NCBI GenBank assembly: GCA_030295235.1
Contig: AP026167.1
Location: 1 to 64,000, forward strand
Direction: 5' to 3'
From: Fistulifera solaris
Lineage: Eukaryota
Length of the DNA stretch: 64,000 nucleotides
Below the pieces are notes generated by a model. The model did no database searches and was not told where the DNA came from. It saw nothing but the letters and a program-made list of their open reading frames with translations. Below, in pieces: positions 12,920 through 26,383 of this stretch. A program made the translations under genes and the position numbers. Position 1 is the first letter of the stretch. Each line of letters begins with the position of its first letter.

Positions 12920-13380
12920 GAATAGTACGGTTTTCAGGTGACCTCATAATCATCAACTTCTGATTTGTCGACAGGAGGGAAAGGATGGAAAGTAATGACG
13001 CACAAGCTTTCTTGCTCTCCGAGAGCATGAAAAAGCTTGTCCAAGTGGGGACGGGTGTGTCAACTCGGAGTTGCTGTTTATTGAACGAACTAGTGCTTCT
13101 GCAGCAGACGTGGCGTCAATCTGCCGACTGCTACCTACCAGTGAAAGATTAACCCAGCCACCCGATGAAAGAGCGAACTCAGTAGACCACCTATATCATC
13201 TGCCTCTCCCAGACGTAGTGTCAACTTGAGATTTTCCGTGACAATGTGCAAAGAACATTAGTCGTCTGGTTGAATGTGATCAGCTTTTAATTGGTATTCG
13301 CGAGCGTTGACGTTAGTGGAGAAAGGCATCAGAACAAGTGTTTTGTCCAGGTTGCTGCAAGGGTAGTTTGCATGGTATTT
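12920..13380 (-). pseudogene. Degenerate family A fragment
   Basis: Manual minus-strand translation gives LMPFSTNVNAREYQLKADHIQPDD* and HLDKLFHALGEQESLCVITFHPFPPV. Confidence 0.6.
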
Positions 13381-14199
13381 TTCTTCAATGTAACCTTGTG
13401 AACGCGTTTCATCAAACTTTTCTTCCCCGCCATTCTGAATTTAACGTTTCTGTGATATGTAGGAGACAAGGAAAGCTAATGAGATACTGCAACACTCAAT
13501 GGTGAAAGAGTACGAAGTGAATGCGAAGCAATGCGCAAATACAATGACAATGGTGCACTTCTTGCGTCGTTCTCGATTGCGCTTGTTAGTAAATGTATGA
13601 ATCGATTCTTTCAAGCAACAATAAACAATAAGGATACTACAAGATCTCAGTTCTTTCCTTTAACTTGATAAGCTGTGATGGTATTTTAGACGAGAAAGAA
13701 AATTTAGCCCCTTTCTGCTATGCTCTTAGATCTGTAAAATTCAGATAGTCAATTCTTTTCATAGATACACGCCCACTGTGTAGGCGCGAATCAAGCTGAC
13801 TGCATTTCAGTCATGAAGTCGAAGTTTTCGCATGCGCCGAACTGCGCATTTATTGTCTTGTTGCCACCACGGACCCACGGTTAGGGCTCTGAAGAAGATG
13901 TCGTACTATTGCAAAGCTTGCCGGGATGGAATCTATACCGGCTGCCACGACTTTGTTTCGCTCGCTACGCAGTATGTGAAGCGCAAAACCAAAATCCGCA
14001 GTCCTCACATTCTGCCAAGGGCTGAACAGAATAAGGCTTGACTGGGCTACACTTCACATAAATGGAATCTTTAAACTTTCATATGCATAGCTCTCATTCT
14101 TCATAGTAATTTTCCATCGCGTGAAAGCAAAGTAAATCTTTCTCATGGGTAATCAACCTGCTTGTTCCGTAGCTTAGTAGATTGTCAGCTGCTATTCAC

Positions 14200-15895
14200 A
14201 GCAAACTTAAATGCTGTCTTTTGCGTTTCCGGCGGTCGGTTCCCTGAAGAGAAGCAACCAAAGCAGCCATATCTGTTTCCTCGACCACCGGTCCGGCAGC
14301 ATCAACATCGCTATCATCACCTAGAAAAGCACCGTCAAGTAGCTCGCAGCATGTCGGTGTGAAATGCCATTAACTGTGCGGAGTACTGGTAATCTGCCGA
14401 GGCGAAATCTATCAAGGCCGTTGCTACCAGCAACGGTCGAACAGATGTAGGCTCTTCGCAATCTTTGTGAATCGGGTATAGAAGTAGTTTCGGCGATAGA
14501 TTTCGTCCAATGGGTGTCCCATTTGTGATCCTATTGTCGTAACAACCCAAAAAGATGAGGTTGCGGTTTCGGGAAAGCAACCGCTCCAGCATAGAATAGT
14601 ACGGTTTGCATAGCCTTTCAAAATCAACATCTTGGTTAAGAGTATGATACACAGGAGGAAACGGAAACAACCTCACTGTGTGTAGCATTCCGTGTTCTTC
14701 GATGGCCTGAAGCAACTCCTTCACTTGGGTGTCAAATTCAAGCTCAAATGAGTTAGTGCAGGGTTGCCGTTGATTGCTCTGATGAGTGCTTGCACAATAG
14801 ATGCCGCCGCTGTGGAGTCTACTCGCCGAGTATCGATCTACGGATATCCCCAATCTCTTCAAATGTCGCGAATTGCGTCACCCTGTTGCAGAATGAAATC
14901 AGTAACGCCTCCAGATGATCCGACGAATCCACCTGGAACTTGATGCTGAGATCTTGCATAGGAACATTTAGGGTGTCCAAATCATTTGGCCTAATCCAGT
15001 TAGCATGCACCCGGTAGTCCAGTGCATTCGCCTTCGTGGAGAAGGGAAGAAATAAGTCTTCCGGGTAGAGAAGCCCAATTGTAAGCGTGTTGAACATGTC
15101 CTCATGGTTGACAATCCGTTCGAGGTTTGCGCGGCTTAAAGACATCTTATCGAAGCTATCGTCACCCACAGTGAGAGACCCAAATCGCGATTGGCGTGTC
15201 TGTAGATGGTCAAGGAACTGGGAAACATCATCTTTAGGACCGATACCAGTCCAGCCTTGACGTACTTTACCGAATTTCAAATTCAGAGGAAACGGTTGTG
15301 TCGCCAAAATCCTGGCTTGCTCTGGACTCCAGCAACCAATTTCGAGCTCAAGTTGCCGCTTCGGGCTGGACTGTAGTATGCGAATTAACTGATCCTCTCG
15401 TAGGGCAGCGAAATCAACGATGAATGGAAGATTGTGTTTATCATCCAGCAGGCACTTGTTGAATCGCAGAGATGCTTCAGCATGTTTCGGATGCTTGAAA
15501 GAGCAGAAAAAAGTCGCCGTCTCTAAAATAGCAGCGTCTGTTTTACCAGAAACCCCGAAATCCAAGTAAGATTAATGGTCGTAGTAAGCTTCGCCCAAGA
15601 AGACTGAAAAGGCAAAGGTGCGTCTCGTGACGCAAAATTCTCTTCGATAATCATCCGTAACGAAAGTTAATGTTTCATTTTCGCGCCAGATGATCATGTC
15701 AGGGTGTTCACGATTCAAGTGTTCGCGCCATTCTATTTCCCCTAGACTTTTCGGTTCTCGAGTAAAGGTGTAAACAGGTCCGTAATCGTCTCCAAGAAGT
15801 TCAACAGCGAACTCCTTTTGTCTCTCGGTGAGCTCTTCATCAGGAATGAGAACCAAAAGGGCTTTCTTGTCGACTGTTTGCTGCTGCGCTTCCAT
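14200..15895 (-). pseudogene. Family A copy closely related to 47003-48664; in-frame TAA at 15572 plus frameshifts
   Basis: MEAQQQ..LVLIPDEEL..IWRENET, then DH*SYLDFGVSGKTDAAILETATFFCS, FAALREDQLIRILQS, LLSRNR, FHTDML. Confidence 0.8.
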
Positions 15896-16379
15896 TTATC
15901 ACTGAATTGGCTGCAATTGTTGTTAATTAATATACCCAGTCGGGAAGAACTCCTATTAGTTTATTAATGAAAGAACAATAACTGCAACCGCCGGCAACGA
16001 GATGTCATCATGATGATGTGATGTGACACGAAAGATACACGAGTATTTTTGTCAAAACCGATCAGACGAGATAACTATCTCTATTATACAGAGTGTAGAT
16101 CATGTGTACCTGGTAGAGATCATAAAGCAGAGCTGAGGGACCCTTTTGCGACCGAATGCATGTCCATAGCACGTCGATGAATGAATAGGGATCCAAATGG
16201 AAAATGCCTCGCCCCTAGTCATGATCTGCAACCCTTTGATGTTATATGCAGCCAAGTCCACGGAGCTAAGAAATTAAAACTGAATGCAGCTTTAAAAAGC
16301 TAGGCGTCATACCAGGTGATTGATTAGATCCCACGTACACCTGTTACTTTTAGATACGAAACCATGCACTTTGCGTCAA

Positions 16380-17480
16380 AGTTCACTCTCTTTGCGTTTC
16401 GGGCGACCATTTGCTTGATGAAGCACATCACCAGCACGCACGTCTGTTTCCACGATCACTAATTCTGCAGCAGTAGTTTCGTTATTGCCATCTGAAGTGA
16501 CATTATCTAAAAGCTCACACAGCATGTCAGTGTGCTATGTCATCAACCGCACGGTGTATTGAAAATCTGCCGAAGCGCATTGTGCCAAGGCAGTTGCTAC
16601 CATCAGCGGTCGAACAGATGTAGGGTCCTCCACAATCTTGGTGAATCGCGTACAGATGTAGTTCTTAACATAAATCTCGTCGATAGTGGTGCCATTATTT
16701 GTGATCTTCGTGTCAAAAACATCCAGGACCAATAGGAGTGTATTGCAATCAAGCAATTACTCCAACATATAACAGTACGGCTTACTCAACCTTTTAACTT
16801 CATCATCATCGATTCGAAGCTGATTCAGAGGGGGAAAGGTTCCAACCTAAGTATGCGTAGCCCTTTATGTTCTCCAATGGCCTGAATCAACTCCACGATG
16901 TTAGAACCCAGCGCAAAAAACAATCAGACTCAAATGTCTCATCGGAGGATTGCCGTTGAGTGCCCTGATTATCCCTTGCATCATCGTTGATGCCGTTGTT
17001 TCACTCATTCGCTGACTGACATGCTCTAGTGATATTTCCAATTTTTCGAAATGCCCCAACTGCGTGACTCTATTGCAAAATGAAATCAGTAGCTCCTCCA
17101 AATGGTCTGCTGTGTCTACTCGAAAGGTAATGCTGAGATCTTTCATAGAAAGTTTCAGTGCGTCAAAGGTTTGCGGTGTAAGCCAGTTGGCATGAACCTG
17201 GTAATCGAGTGCATCCGCTTTAGCGAAGAATGGACGAAGCATGCAATCACTATAAATCAACCTAATTGTGAGCTTATCGAAAGTTTCCTTCAGGTTGATG
17301 ATCCGTTCAAAATTATCACGACAAACGACATACGTAGTACTATAATGAAATGACCATCGTCAACGGCGAGAGACCCAAAGCGTGACTGTCGTCTTTCTAG
17401 ATGATTGATGAACTCGGTCCCGTCATCTTTAGCGCCCACACCGGTCCAGGTCCAGCCCTCATACGCCCATTAACCAAACT
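16380..17480 (-). pseudogene. 5'-truncated family A copy
   Basis: WTGVGAKDDGTEF..RQSRFGSL, PFFAKADALDY, LGHFEKL, NNGTTIDEIY, SADFQY. Confidence 0.75.
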
Positions 17481-17751
17481 TCAGGAGTGACCTGCTCGTG
17501 AAAAAACTCAATTGCAGTCCCGGGTAAAGTTCATCAACCTACAATTCTTTATCTGAACGTAATTCCGAGAATGCTATGCGTACTTTGTATGGAAATAAAA
17601 AAATCACAATATGTAAGTGATAAAAAATTCTTTTCGTCGTTGATGATGATCTGGACCGGGAAACTGCATAAGTAGCCCATCATGCGATCACTGGGCCAAG
17701 AAATATAGAAATGAGACGTGAAGCGAGACACCAGTGAAACAATAGCATGAT

Positions 17752-19296
17752 TTAACTTGTGCCATCGACCATTTCGAATAGCAAGTCCGTGTAAATTGAG
17801 AGTAAAAGTCCCAAATATTGGAAGTTTGCAAAGGCCCTTTCCGTTAGCACTCTCCCAACCAGCAAATGCCGCACTTCGTCCGATTCTTGAATCAATTTCT
17901 CTGACCCACTATAAAAATGATTCAAAGCATACAATTTTTCAATGGTGGTTCCATTCGATATCTTCTCGTCCGTCGAGTCAAGTACGACGAGGTTGCGGTT
18001 CCTCGAAAGCAATCGCTCCAACGCAGCATAGTATGGTTTACAAAAATGTCCATACTCATCTTCCGTCATCCCGTCCAAGATATTAGGAATATATGGTTCC
18101 AAGTTTATGACGCGTAACGCTTCGTGCTTCTCGAACGAATGAAAGATAGCGTCGGAATGGGGACCCTGGGAAAATAAGACTCCAAGGTCACCCAATGCCA
18201 GATGTGTCAATCGAGGATTATTGTTAATTGCATGAATCAGTGCTTGAACCACAGATTCGGTGTCATTCATCATTCCACGTTCTTTTAGCGAAATGCCCAA
18301 GTGTTCAAAATGACCTAGTTGGGCGATTCGGAGGAAGAAGGCAACGAAGAGCACACCCGCGTCATCGTCTTGTCTGAACGAAGAAATGGATAGATGGATG
18401 CGTTTCATCGCAATGTCGAGTGAGTCGAAATCATTCGGCTGCATTGCGGAGTGAGTTATTGTATAATTGAGTGCCTTTGCCTTGGCAGAGAAGGGAAGAA
18501 GGCCCAGTTCTTCATTCAAAATACCCAGCGTGAGCTTCTCTAGCAAATCCAATTTAATAAGCTCTTCAGTGAAAGCGCGATCGATAAAAGTATTGTTACC
18601 TCGAGAGAGATCCAGAGAAAGAGACCCAAACGAAGATTGGCGGTTCGCAATAGTCTCTATTAAATAACCACCGTCATCTTTCGAATAATCGTCCCACTGA
18701 ATGTCTCCGGCCATGATCAAGTGCATCGGAAAAGACCGTGACGCTAGAATAACAGCTTGTTCGGGAGTCCACGTTCCCGGTTCAAACTGGAGTTGTCGTC
18801 TCGGATTTGCTTCAAGTATCTGAATCAGCTGATCGGCTTGAAGGCAAGCAAAATCGAATTTGCATTTGGCCTCAAAGTCAGGGGAGATGAATGCATGCGC
18901 TGATCCGCAGCGCCGCTTGTGCATGTTCCGGATGTTTCAGTGACCAAAAGAAACTCATCGTCTCGGCAATCGCGGCGTCGTTCGTTCCGTAAATGACGCA
19001 ATTCAGATTCACTTTTCCGACATTATCGAGTTGAAAGAAAACGTTTCGTCCTCGAATCTCAGGTCCCCAGTACGGCCCATAGATGACACAAATAAAAGTC
19101 TCATTTTCACGCCAAATAGCGTGATAACGGTAATTTTCCCAGTCAAATTCGTCGAGACGAGTCGGCTCGCGCAAAAATCGGTATGTGGGTGTATAGCCGT
19201 TTAGCAACGCGCGATGCAGTTCTTTTGTCTCTTCGACAACTTATCTCTTGGAAGGAGCTCCAACAGCCCGTCCTTTTTTTGCTGTTGCGACGCCAT
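17752..19296 (-). CDS. Family A protein; homopolymer frameshifts at 19223-19226 and 18881-18884
   Basis: MASQQQKKDGLLELLP.., REPTRLDEFDW..IWRENET..IYGTNDAAIAETMSFFWSL, then a 390-aa ORF with LLSRNR..NGTTIEKLYALN..NFQY. Confidence 0.82.
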
Positions 19297-19669
19297 CTTA
19301 AAAGCTAGTTCTTCTCTCTGTGGAGGAAGAATTGAATGACAAAGAATGATTATTTCATCATCTTTATGATGACAATTGATGAAGAAAACGACTAGAAAAC
19401 GACAAGACTTAATGAATGAATGAGCGTACTAGGTACCTGGTACCGGTACCGGTAAGGCACATCTGCTTACAAGTATATTGATGTTTCTCTTCCGCCTATA
19501 TCCCGAAAGTGTACTCGTTGACGTGACCCCGACGCCGTTTTGCAGTTTGTACTTCACTATCCGCGCAGATCCGCGATTTAATCACAGCTACAAACCTAAA
19601 GGGAACCTGCAAAGTCAGGATCTTGGTGTTTAGCAAGGTAAAGCTACGAAACGAAATAATAACAAGCTT

Positions 19670-20410
19670 TTAGTTAGATTCAATGTAGATAAATACGGAA
19701 TGAACGAGAGTTTTCATATTGAACTCTTGTCCATGTCTTACTGTTCTCGTTTTCCGCTTCAAACTTGCACTAGTAAGACCTGGACCATTGAAGGCATGCA
19801 AATTGGATTCCTCTAATACGAAGCCTGCAGCATAAGTCCCTTCCTTGTCTAGATTTAAATCAGTAAACAGCTCTGTGCCGGTGTGATCTGCAACTAAGAG
19901 CCCTTTGTATTGGAAGTCTGCCGATGCACTTTCTGTCAAAGCTAGTCCGAATAATGGTAGTAGCATTTCTTCCGACTTCTGATTCTTTAATTAGCCCCAC
20001 CGATCCATGATAGATCTTATTCGAAGCATAGATTTTGTCAATGGTGGTCCCATTAGTGATCAACCTGTCCATAAACCGAGAACGGTAAGGTTGCGGTTTC
20101 GCGTAATTAATCTCTCAAGCGCAGAATAGTAAGGCTGAGATTGAATCTCATACTCCTCACTTTCGGGAATAGCATCGACTTCTGGATAGCTATCCAAGTT
20201 AATGGTACGCAGTCCATCGCGTTTTGCCGCGAGAGTTCACCACTTCGATATTCCGATTGCGCGAGAGTAACCATTCTAATGCAGAGTAATCACCTAGACT
20301 TGCATACTTTGGTGGGTATTGAACACAAAGTGTGCGAAGAAGCCCGGTATTCTCTTCCAGTGCCTGAAAAATATTCTCCAAATGTGGTTCAAATCGACGA
20401 CTTACCATTA
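19670..20410 (-). pseudogene. Two abutting family A C-terminal fragments
   Basis: PHLENIFQALEE..LEWLLSRNR at 20199-20408 is followed by a second LRTINL..LERLITRNR..NGTTIDKIY..SADFQY..HTG segment. Confidence 0.7.
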
Positions 20411-20511
20411 ATTGAAGGTCGAATTAATAGGGTCCTGTGCTCAAGAATCTGATCCCCACAAAGAAGATACGAACCATGCAAAAGCTGTATCTAGCGTCCT
20501 TTGTACTCTCA

Positions 20512-21990
20512 CTACTCTTCGACGAAAAAGATGTGGCGACTCTTGTTCAAATTGTTGAAGAATAACCTGGTAAAGTCCAATACTTTATCGATATCGAGCC
20601 ACTTCTTGCTGGAAATGTAGTCTCTATCAATACATAGCAAAAAGACCCCTATCATGTGGCTCAAAATTCTCCGCTTTATGGGAAAATCGGATGATTTGAA
20701 TCTGCCCGCGGTCTCACTCCCTGGTTTGCGTCGACGCAAATAATTGGCTTTTGCGTTTATGAACTCCAGTAAAATGGACCCAACCGCAGCAAAGTTTACA
20801 GGAAGATCCATAGAAAAGCACGTGCTAAAGCGTCACTTCCAAATTCCAGCTAGAACATCGGAGCGCCTTTTCGTTGTTATACTCTCAACGTCTGGATTCT
20901 CCGAACGGTTGCTTCGCTGATTAAGTTTCAGCTCATTTAACAATCTGAATTCGTTTAATACAATGCAGCGATACAAATTGCTATACTCTTCGGGAAGTAT
21001 GTCGTCCATCGTTCTGGCAAGGTTAACAGATGTTAAGCATTCCTGATGAGGAGCAATACAACGTACGGCGCAATGTCACCCTTTACCTCTTGCTACCGCC
21101 AGGCCCAATAACGAAATTGATCGAGAACTCATCTAACTTTACCGAACGCTCACGAGCGAAGAGATTAGCTCATCTAGGATTCATTCCAAACGCCATCCAG
21201 AAAGTTTCGCAGCAAACTCCCTTGTCCGGTTTTTTCTTCTCCCCATACGGCTTTGATATCCTTATAAATCATGTCCAAATTCGTCAAAAATGAATATTTA
21301 ATTTCGGATCACGAAGCCGAAGTCCGTTGTACAAGTGTAGTGCCGCCTTAACTGGCCTATTGAATCGATAGTCGCTGTTCCTAGAGGCACGTTGCGTACA
21401 AAAGATATCGCCCTCCAATAAGTGGGGACCACAATCCAAGGAGCTCCACCTGGAGTGAGTACGCTCCGTCCTTCAAGTTATGGTAGAATGGGCCGGGATT
21501 GGCAAACTGCTGAAGGCTACAAAACATATTGACATTGGCGTAAAAAAACAGGAGAATTCTTGGGTGATTTGTTTCGATCCGCTGCCACCCGCATCTGCTC
21601 AAACAGCAAATTGTAGGAGCGCTTGGCTGATCCAGCAACACGAGCCAGATTGCCGTCTTTTTGCAGTACGAAAATTGACTTCGGTTTCTCCATATATAGC
21701 ACAATACAAATAATCTTTCTGGTCATGATTCGATAGCAGCAAGAGCAAATGGCGTTCCGAAAAATGGTTCGCAATGATTGTTGCTTAAAAAATTGATTGA
21801 ACCATTCTCGCCAAATGCAACTATCTAAATAGTTTTGACAGTCCAGAAATTCGTACAGGGGAGCTGCAGAATAATCGTCCCCGTTGTCGGCCAACGAAAG
21901 TGGCATTTGTCCCGACGACATGCGTTCACGGAGAATGAGCTGCAGTAAGAGACTGCGATCGTTCGGCTCTTCTTCTTCTGCTATGTTTTG
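20512..21990 (-). pseudogene. Fragmented gene of unknown function, not family A
   Basis: Consecutive minus-strand ORFs 21517-21921, 21381-21704 and 20512-20811 with protein-like composition; no motif recognised. Confidence 0.3.
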
Positions 21991-22657
21991 CGTGAGATTA
22001 ACGGCAAGAGTCGTTACGAGATTTCAACGATAAACGAGAAGAAATATGATGCAAAACTCGAGCAATGCAAGGAAAAGAAAGAACAGTGAGTCGTCGCTGA
22101 ACTAAAAAGAAACCGAAGTTTCCTAGTCGAGTAATATCGTCATCAAGACATCCCTCATATTCCAAGACATCGATATTCCGGGGACAAGATAATACTCCGT
22201 ATTCTTTTATTCTCTTCAAGTGAAATGATTGTACGACTAGAATCATCATAACGACATTCATCGGCACATCGACGCGTAACGGCCGATCTGTGATTTTCGT
22301 GTTCCTGTTTTCGCGGGCTTTTTACTATACCGTAGGTAGTAGTCTTGAGGGTCGCTGATTGCTCGATTTCGTTTTTACGTAGTCTCCATGACTGAAGCTG
22401 TGGGTCGTGAATATGTTCATCTCACACTTTGAAAGTATAGTGCACCTATCTAGTACTGGACTGAGTGTTAACATTATTTTTAATTAGGAAACGCGAAAGG
22501 ATCTTCAAAACGCCGCAAGCCGCAAGCCGCAAACGAAATTACATAGTCACACCCGTTTTCACGATGAATAACAACGAATGAGCCTACTGTGACTATTAAT
22601 TTTCGTTTTTGAGATTTACTATCCTTCTTTTACTTTTCAATTAAAACCGAGGAATAG

Positions 22658-23607
22658 ATGAACGACATTCCGCTATTAGAGCTTGTTTCGAGAGAAAAAT
22701 TCTGCGCAAAAGGGTTATAAAATCAGCCACCAGGCAAAGATTGACGTGCCCGTGAATCGTTTGCTGCGAGAACCGAAACATCTTGAGGAGTTAGAATGGG
22801 AAACGAATCGCGAAAAGATTATTTGGTACGATAACGACACAATCATTTGTGTATGCAGTCGGGATTGGTTGCTATGCTAGGTTTATTATGGAGAAGGTCG
22901 GCCAGCATTTTCTACCTGGCGCTATTTTCGGTAAATCCGATGCGACTATCGCCGAGATGGCGACTTGGTTCCGGTCGTTTCCATGTTCATGACAAGTCAA
23001 ACGCCTTATTCTTGGCGATTATCCTAGTTCTGATAGAAGACGCCATTTTGACATCGCGATCTTTTTCGCTGAGCAGTTTACGCAGATACTCGGTTCAAAT
23101 CCGACAAGATGCGTTAGTTTTATCACCAATCAATTGACCACGGATCAAAGCGTTCTCTTAGCTACACGTCCTTATCTATCGGATCGTAGCTGAACCTTTA
23201 CGCTACTGATGAAGGGCTAAGCGATGAAGGAACGGCAGTTGTAGATGCTCTGGAGAATCGACGACCTTCTCTTGGCTCTCTAAAGCTGAGATCACCTAGC
23301 GATTAGAGCGACAACTGCGACTAGATTCTATCATCGATAAGTTTAAGCTGGACTACCAGCTTGAAGATGTTGTCTTACCACTCCATTCACTGCGATGGTG
23401 AATGCTTTGGATAACGACACTAAAGCGAGACACCCCCGACCCAAAGACGTTAAGCGGCTCGATATCGTGACGAGAAATCTCAGTCCTGCTATCAAGGTGG
23501 AAGGCGCTGCCCAGTGGAGCCAGTTACTGATATCACTCATGAATCAAATCGCCTGTCTGGATCATTTCGAGAGTTTGAGTTTCACTATTTCGCCACTCGG
23601 ACTGTAA
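22658..23607 (+). pseudogene. 3'-truncated family A copy; duplicate of the 26384 copy including upstream DNA
   Basis: ATGAACGACATTCCGCTATTAGAG start, REPKHLEELEW, IWYDNDT; several stops and frameshifts; upstream actatcc.tc.tttacttttcaa shared with ~26345. Confidence 0.8.
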
Positions 23608-23965
23608 AAGGCGATTAAACCTGAAACGAAGGCAACTTCACTTCGCGACTCGTGCGTTTTCATCGAGTGAAGGGTCAAACGTCGTTTTCCGCTTTGAGAT
23701 ATAACTTGGATAACTTTAGAGGCGCGTCAATTGTTACAAGGCACCACCATCATCATCGTCGAAATTCATTACAAAGAGGGAGGATGGTAAAAACGCAGTG
23801 TTGCAAATCAGCCATGGAGCTTCAAGCAACGTTGTGGATTAATCAACAACAAAGCTCTTTCTTCAAGCAGCAAAAAGAACAAACCCATCTGCTAATAAAT
23901 ACTGATTAGGTAAGAGATGTGAATTAGTGAATTGTCTAATTATCTTCCTTTGCGGCTCGATTCAA

Positions 23966-25596
23966 CTATTTCAAGTCGGATGAAGTAATATTGTCCACCA
24001 ACTCGCACAGCGTATCGGTGTTCATGGACAACGTTAGCCCAATGTATTGAAAATTGTGTGACACTCTTTCGGTCAGCGCCGTTGCAACATAAAACACCCG
24101 CAACTCTGTATTAGACACTTTTGTCAGCTGTTCGGATCCTTGATAGATGTGATTCACTTCATACAACTTGTCCAAAGTTGTCCCATTGGTAATTCTGTTG
24201 CCGGACGGATTAAGTACAGTAATGTAGCGGTTGCGTGAAATCAAGTGTTCCACCCAGGAAAGGTCAACGTGGCGTACGCGATAAAATTCACCGTCTGAAT
24301 AGTCGTCACTCTCTACGTCGGAATCACCATAATTGTAGTTTGAAGCACCATCATCATTATCATCATCAACGGACCAAGGATTTAAATAAATGGTACGGAT
24401 TCCTGGGTGCTCCTCCAGGGCCCGGAATATACGTTGGAGGTGGGGAGTCCAATTCACTGCGTCACAGCACCCATTAAGATTCAAATAATTTAAACTTGGA
24501 TTGGCAATAATGGCATTTATCAATGCATCCACAACAAGAGGCATATCCTCGTCAACGTTATCTTCAATGCTATCATTAAGGCAAACGACAGCAAAGGACA
24601 ATATCTCAATGTGACCCGATTCCGCCACTCTATCAAAAATGCAGCTAAAACTTTATTCCAACCCTTCCAATGTCTGAAATAGAAGTTCAGGCGGATAGCA
24701 CGCGCCAAAATCTTGACTGAGTTGAAATCTTCAAGCTCGATATCTTCTGCAATACAAGTGTAAAAGAGTTCATTTGCTTGAGCAGAGAACGGCAGCAAAA
24801 CCAATTCTTTCTCTCTGCCAGTTTCGATTCTCAACTTTTCAAAAACTCCGACCTGAAAAAGGCGCTTCAAATTGTCATGGCTAAATGCCACAGACAGAAT
24901 TCCCCAAGTCAAATATAAAAAGCCGAAGGAAGATCGTCGCTTCTCTAATGCCTCAACAAATGCCGTTCCCCCATCGGCCAATGTAGGAGCTCCCGACACA
25001 TTATGGCTATTGGTGAAGTGCAGATTCACCGGAAAAGATCGTGTTGCTAAAACAACCGACTGTTCGGGGCTCCAAACTCCCGAAGCGATTTCGAATTGAC
25101 GTTTTGGGTTTGCATCGAGAATGCGAGCTAGATGTTCGGGTTGAAGGGCAGTCAAGCGAAAATGATGAGGAGGCTGATTCGTGTCATCGTTGAGAAAAGA
25201 TTCAAAGATTAATTTGCTTTCTCCCGAGTATGGTAAAGAGCAGAGAAAGGCGATAGTATCCGCAATTGCGGCATCCGTCTTGCCGAAAATAGTGCATTGG
25301 CAAACGAATTTGTTGTCCCATTCCAGCGTCAACCACACCTTTCGTTCCTGATTATTGAGGAAAACGCCTGCTATGCAAATGATCGTTTCATTGTCACGCC
25401 ATATAGTAAACGGGCAAAGTGCAGTGTTATAATAGCTTTTCCAGACAACTTCGTCAAGAGAAATCGGCTCTCGCACAAATTGATAAACAGGAAGCGGAAA
25501 ACTGCTTTTGATCGGTCGGAAGAACTTCTGCTGAGGAGAAAGTATTTCTTCGGGAATACGCTTTAGCAAAGTAGAAATATTGTTATACCAGCTCAT
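23966..25596 (-). CDS. Family A protein, about 540 aa; homopolymer frameshift at 24635-24639
   Basis: 358-aa and 220-aa ORFs join as AAFFDRVAESGH if one T is added; all family motifs present; acidic insert DDDNDDG..ESDDYSD. Confidence 0.85.
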
Positions 25597-26383
25597 TTCT
25601 TTTTGTTTCTTGGTTCATTTCGTTCTATGTTTAACAAGTGGATGAGAGGATGAGAGAAGTGAGAAGTGAGAAGAATGATCATGATCGTTTTTTTGCTCGT
25701 TGAGTCTTTTAACCGATCCGAACACGATTTATGTTTAGTAAATACAACAACCGCCAACTCCAACAGCCAAACCTGGTAGAACTCAAGACTCAAGACCAAA
25801 CACACCAAAATGCCGATTGTTTCCAGAAACGAGAGATGAGATAGATACAGTAATAGTCTCTCTCTGGACGAGGACTATTGGACGAGGAAGGAGGAAGACT
25901 CGGAAGTCGGAAAGCAGGGATGCAACCGTCAGAAGTTGCTCAAAAAAATTCTCGACGTGATCATCTTACTCTCTGGTCAAATAAATGTCTTCTTTGCTTG
26001 TCTTCGGTTCTCTTGTCTATGTTACTAGTCAACATAGACGCACTTCAAGTGCTCATTTAAACTGAGAAGTGAGAAGTGCCTTGTACTTGTAAAATGATGT
26101 TGAAGGCTTTGACTGTGTAGTAAGAGCCAATGCAGTTGAACTAGGAGTTTGAACGGAGGTTATGATTTATGATCTCTAGTTCGGAAAAATTCTTAATCAC
26201 TCATGACTCATGACTGGATATATGGTCGGATACTTTAGTACCGCATATAGCTAAGTAAGAAACGTGAAAAGATCTTCAAACACCCGATGAGAAATGCATG
26301 ATGGTGATCATAAGTTGCTGTTATTATAAGTAATATTATAAGTAACTATCCCTCCTTTACTTTTCAAGGAAAGCCAAAGAGAG

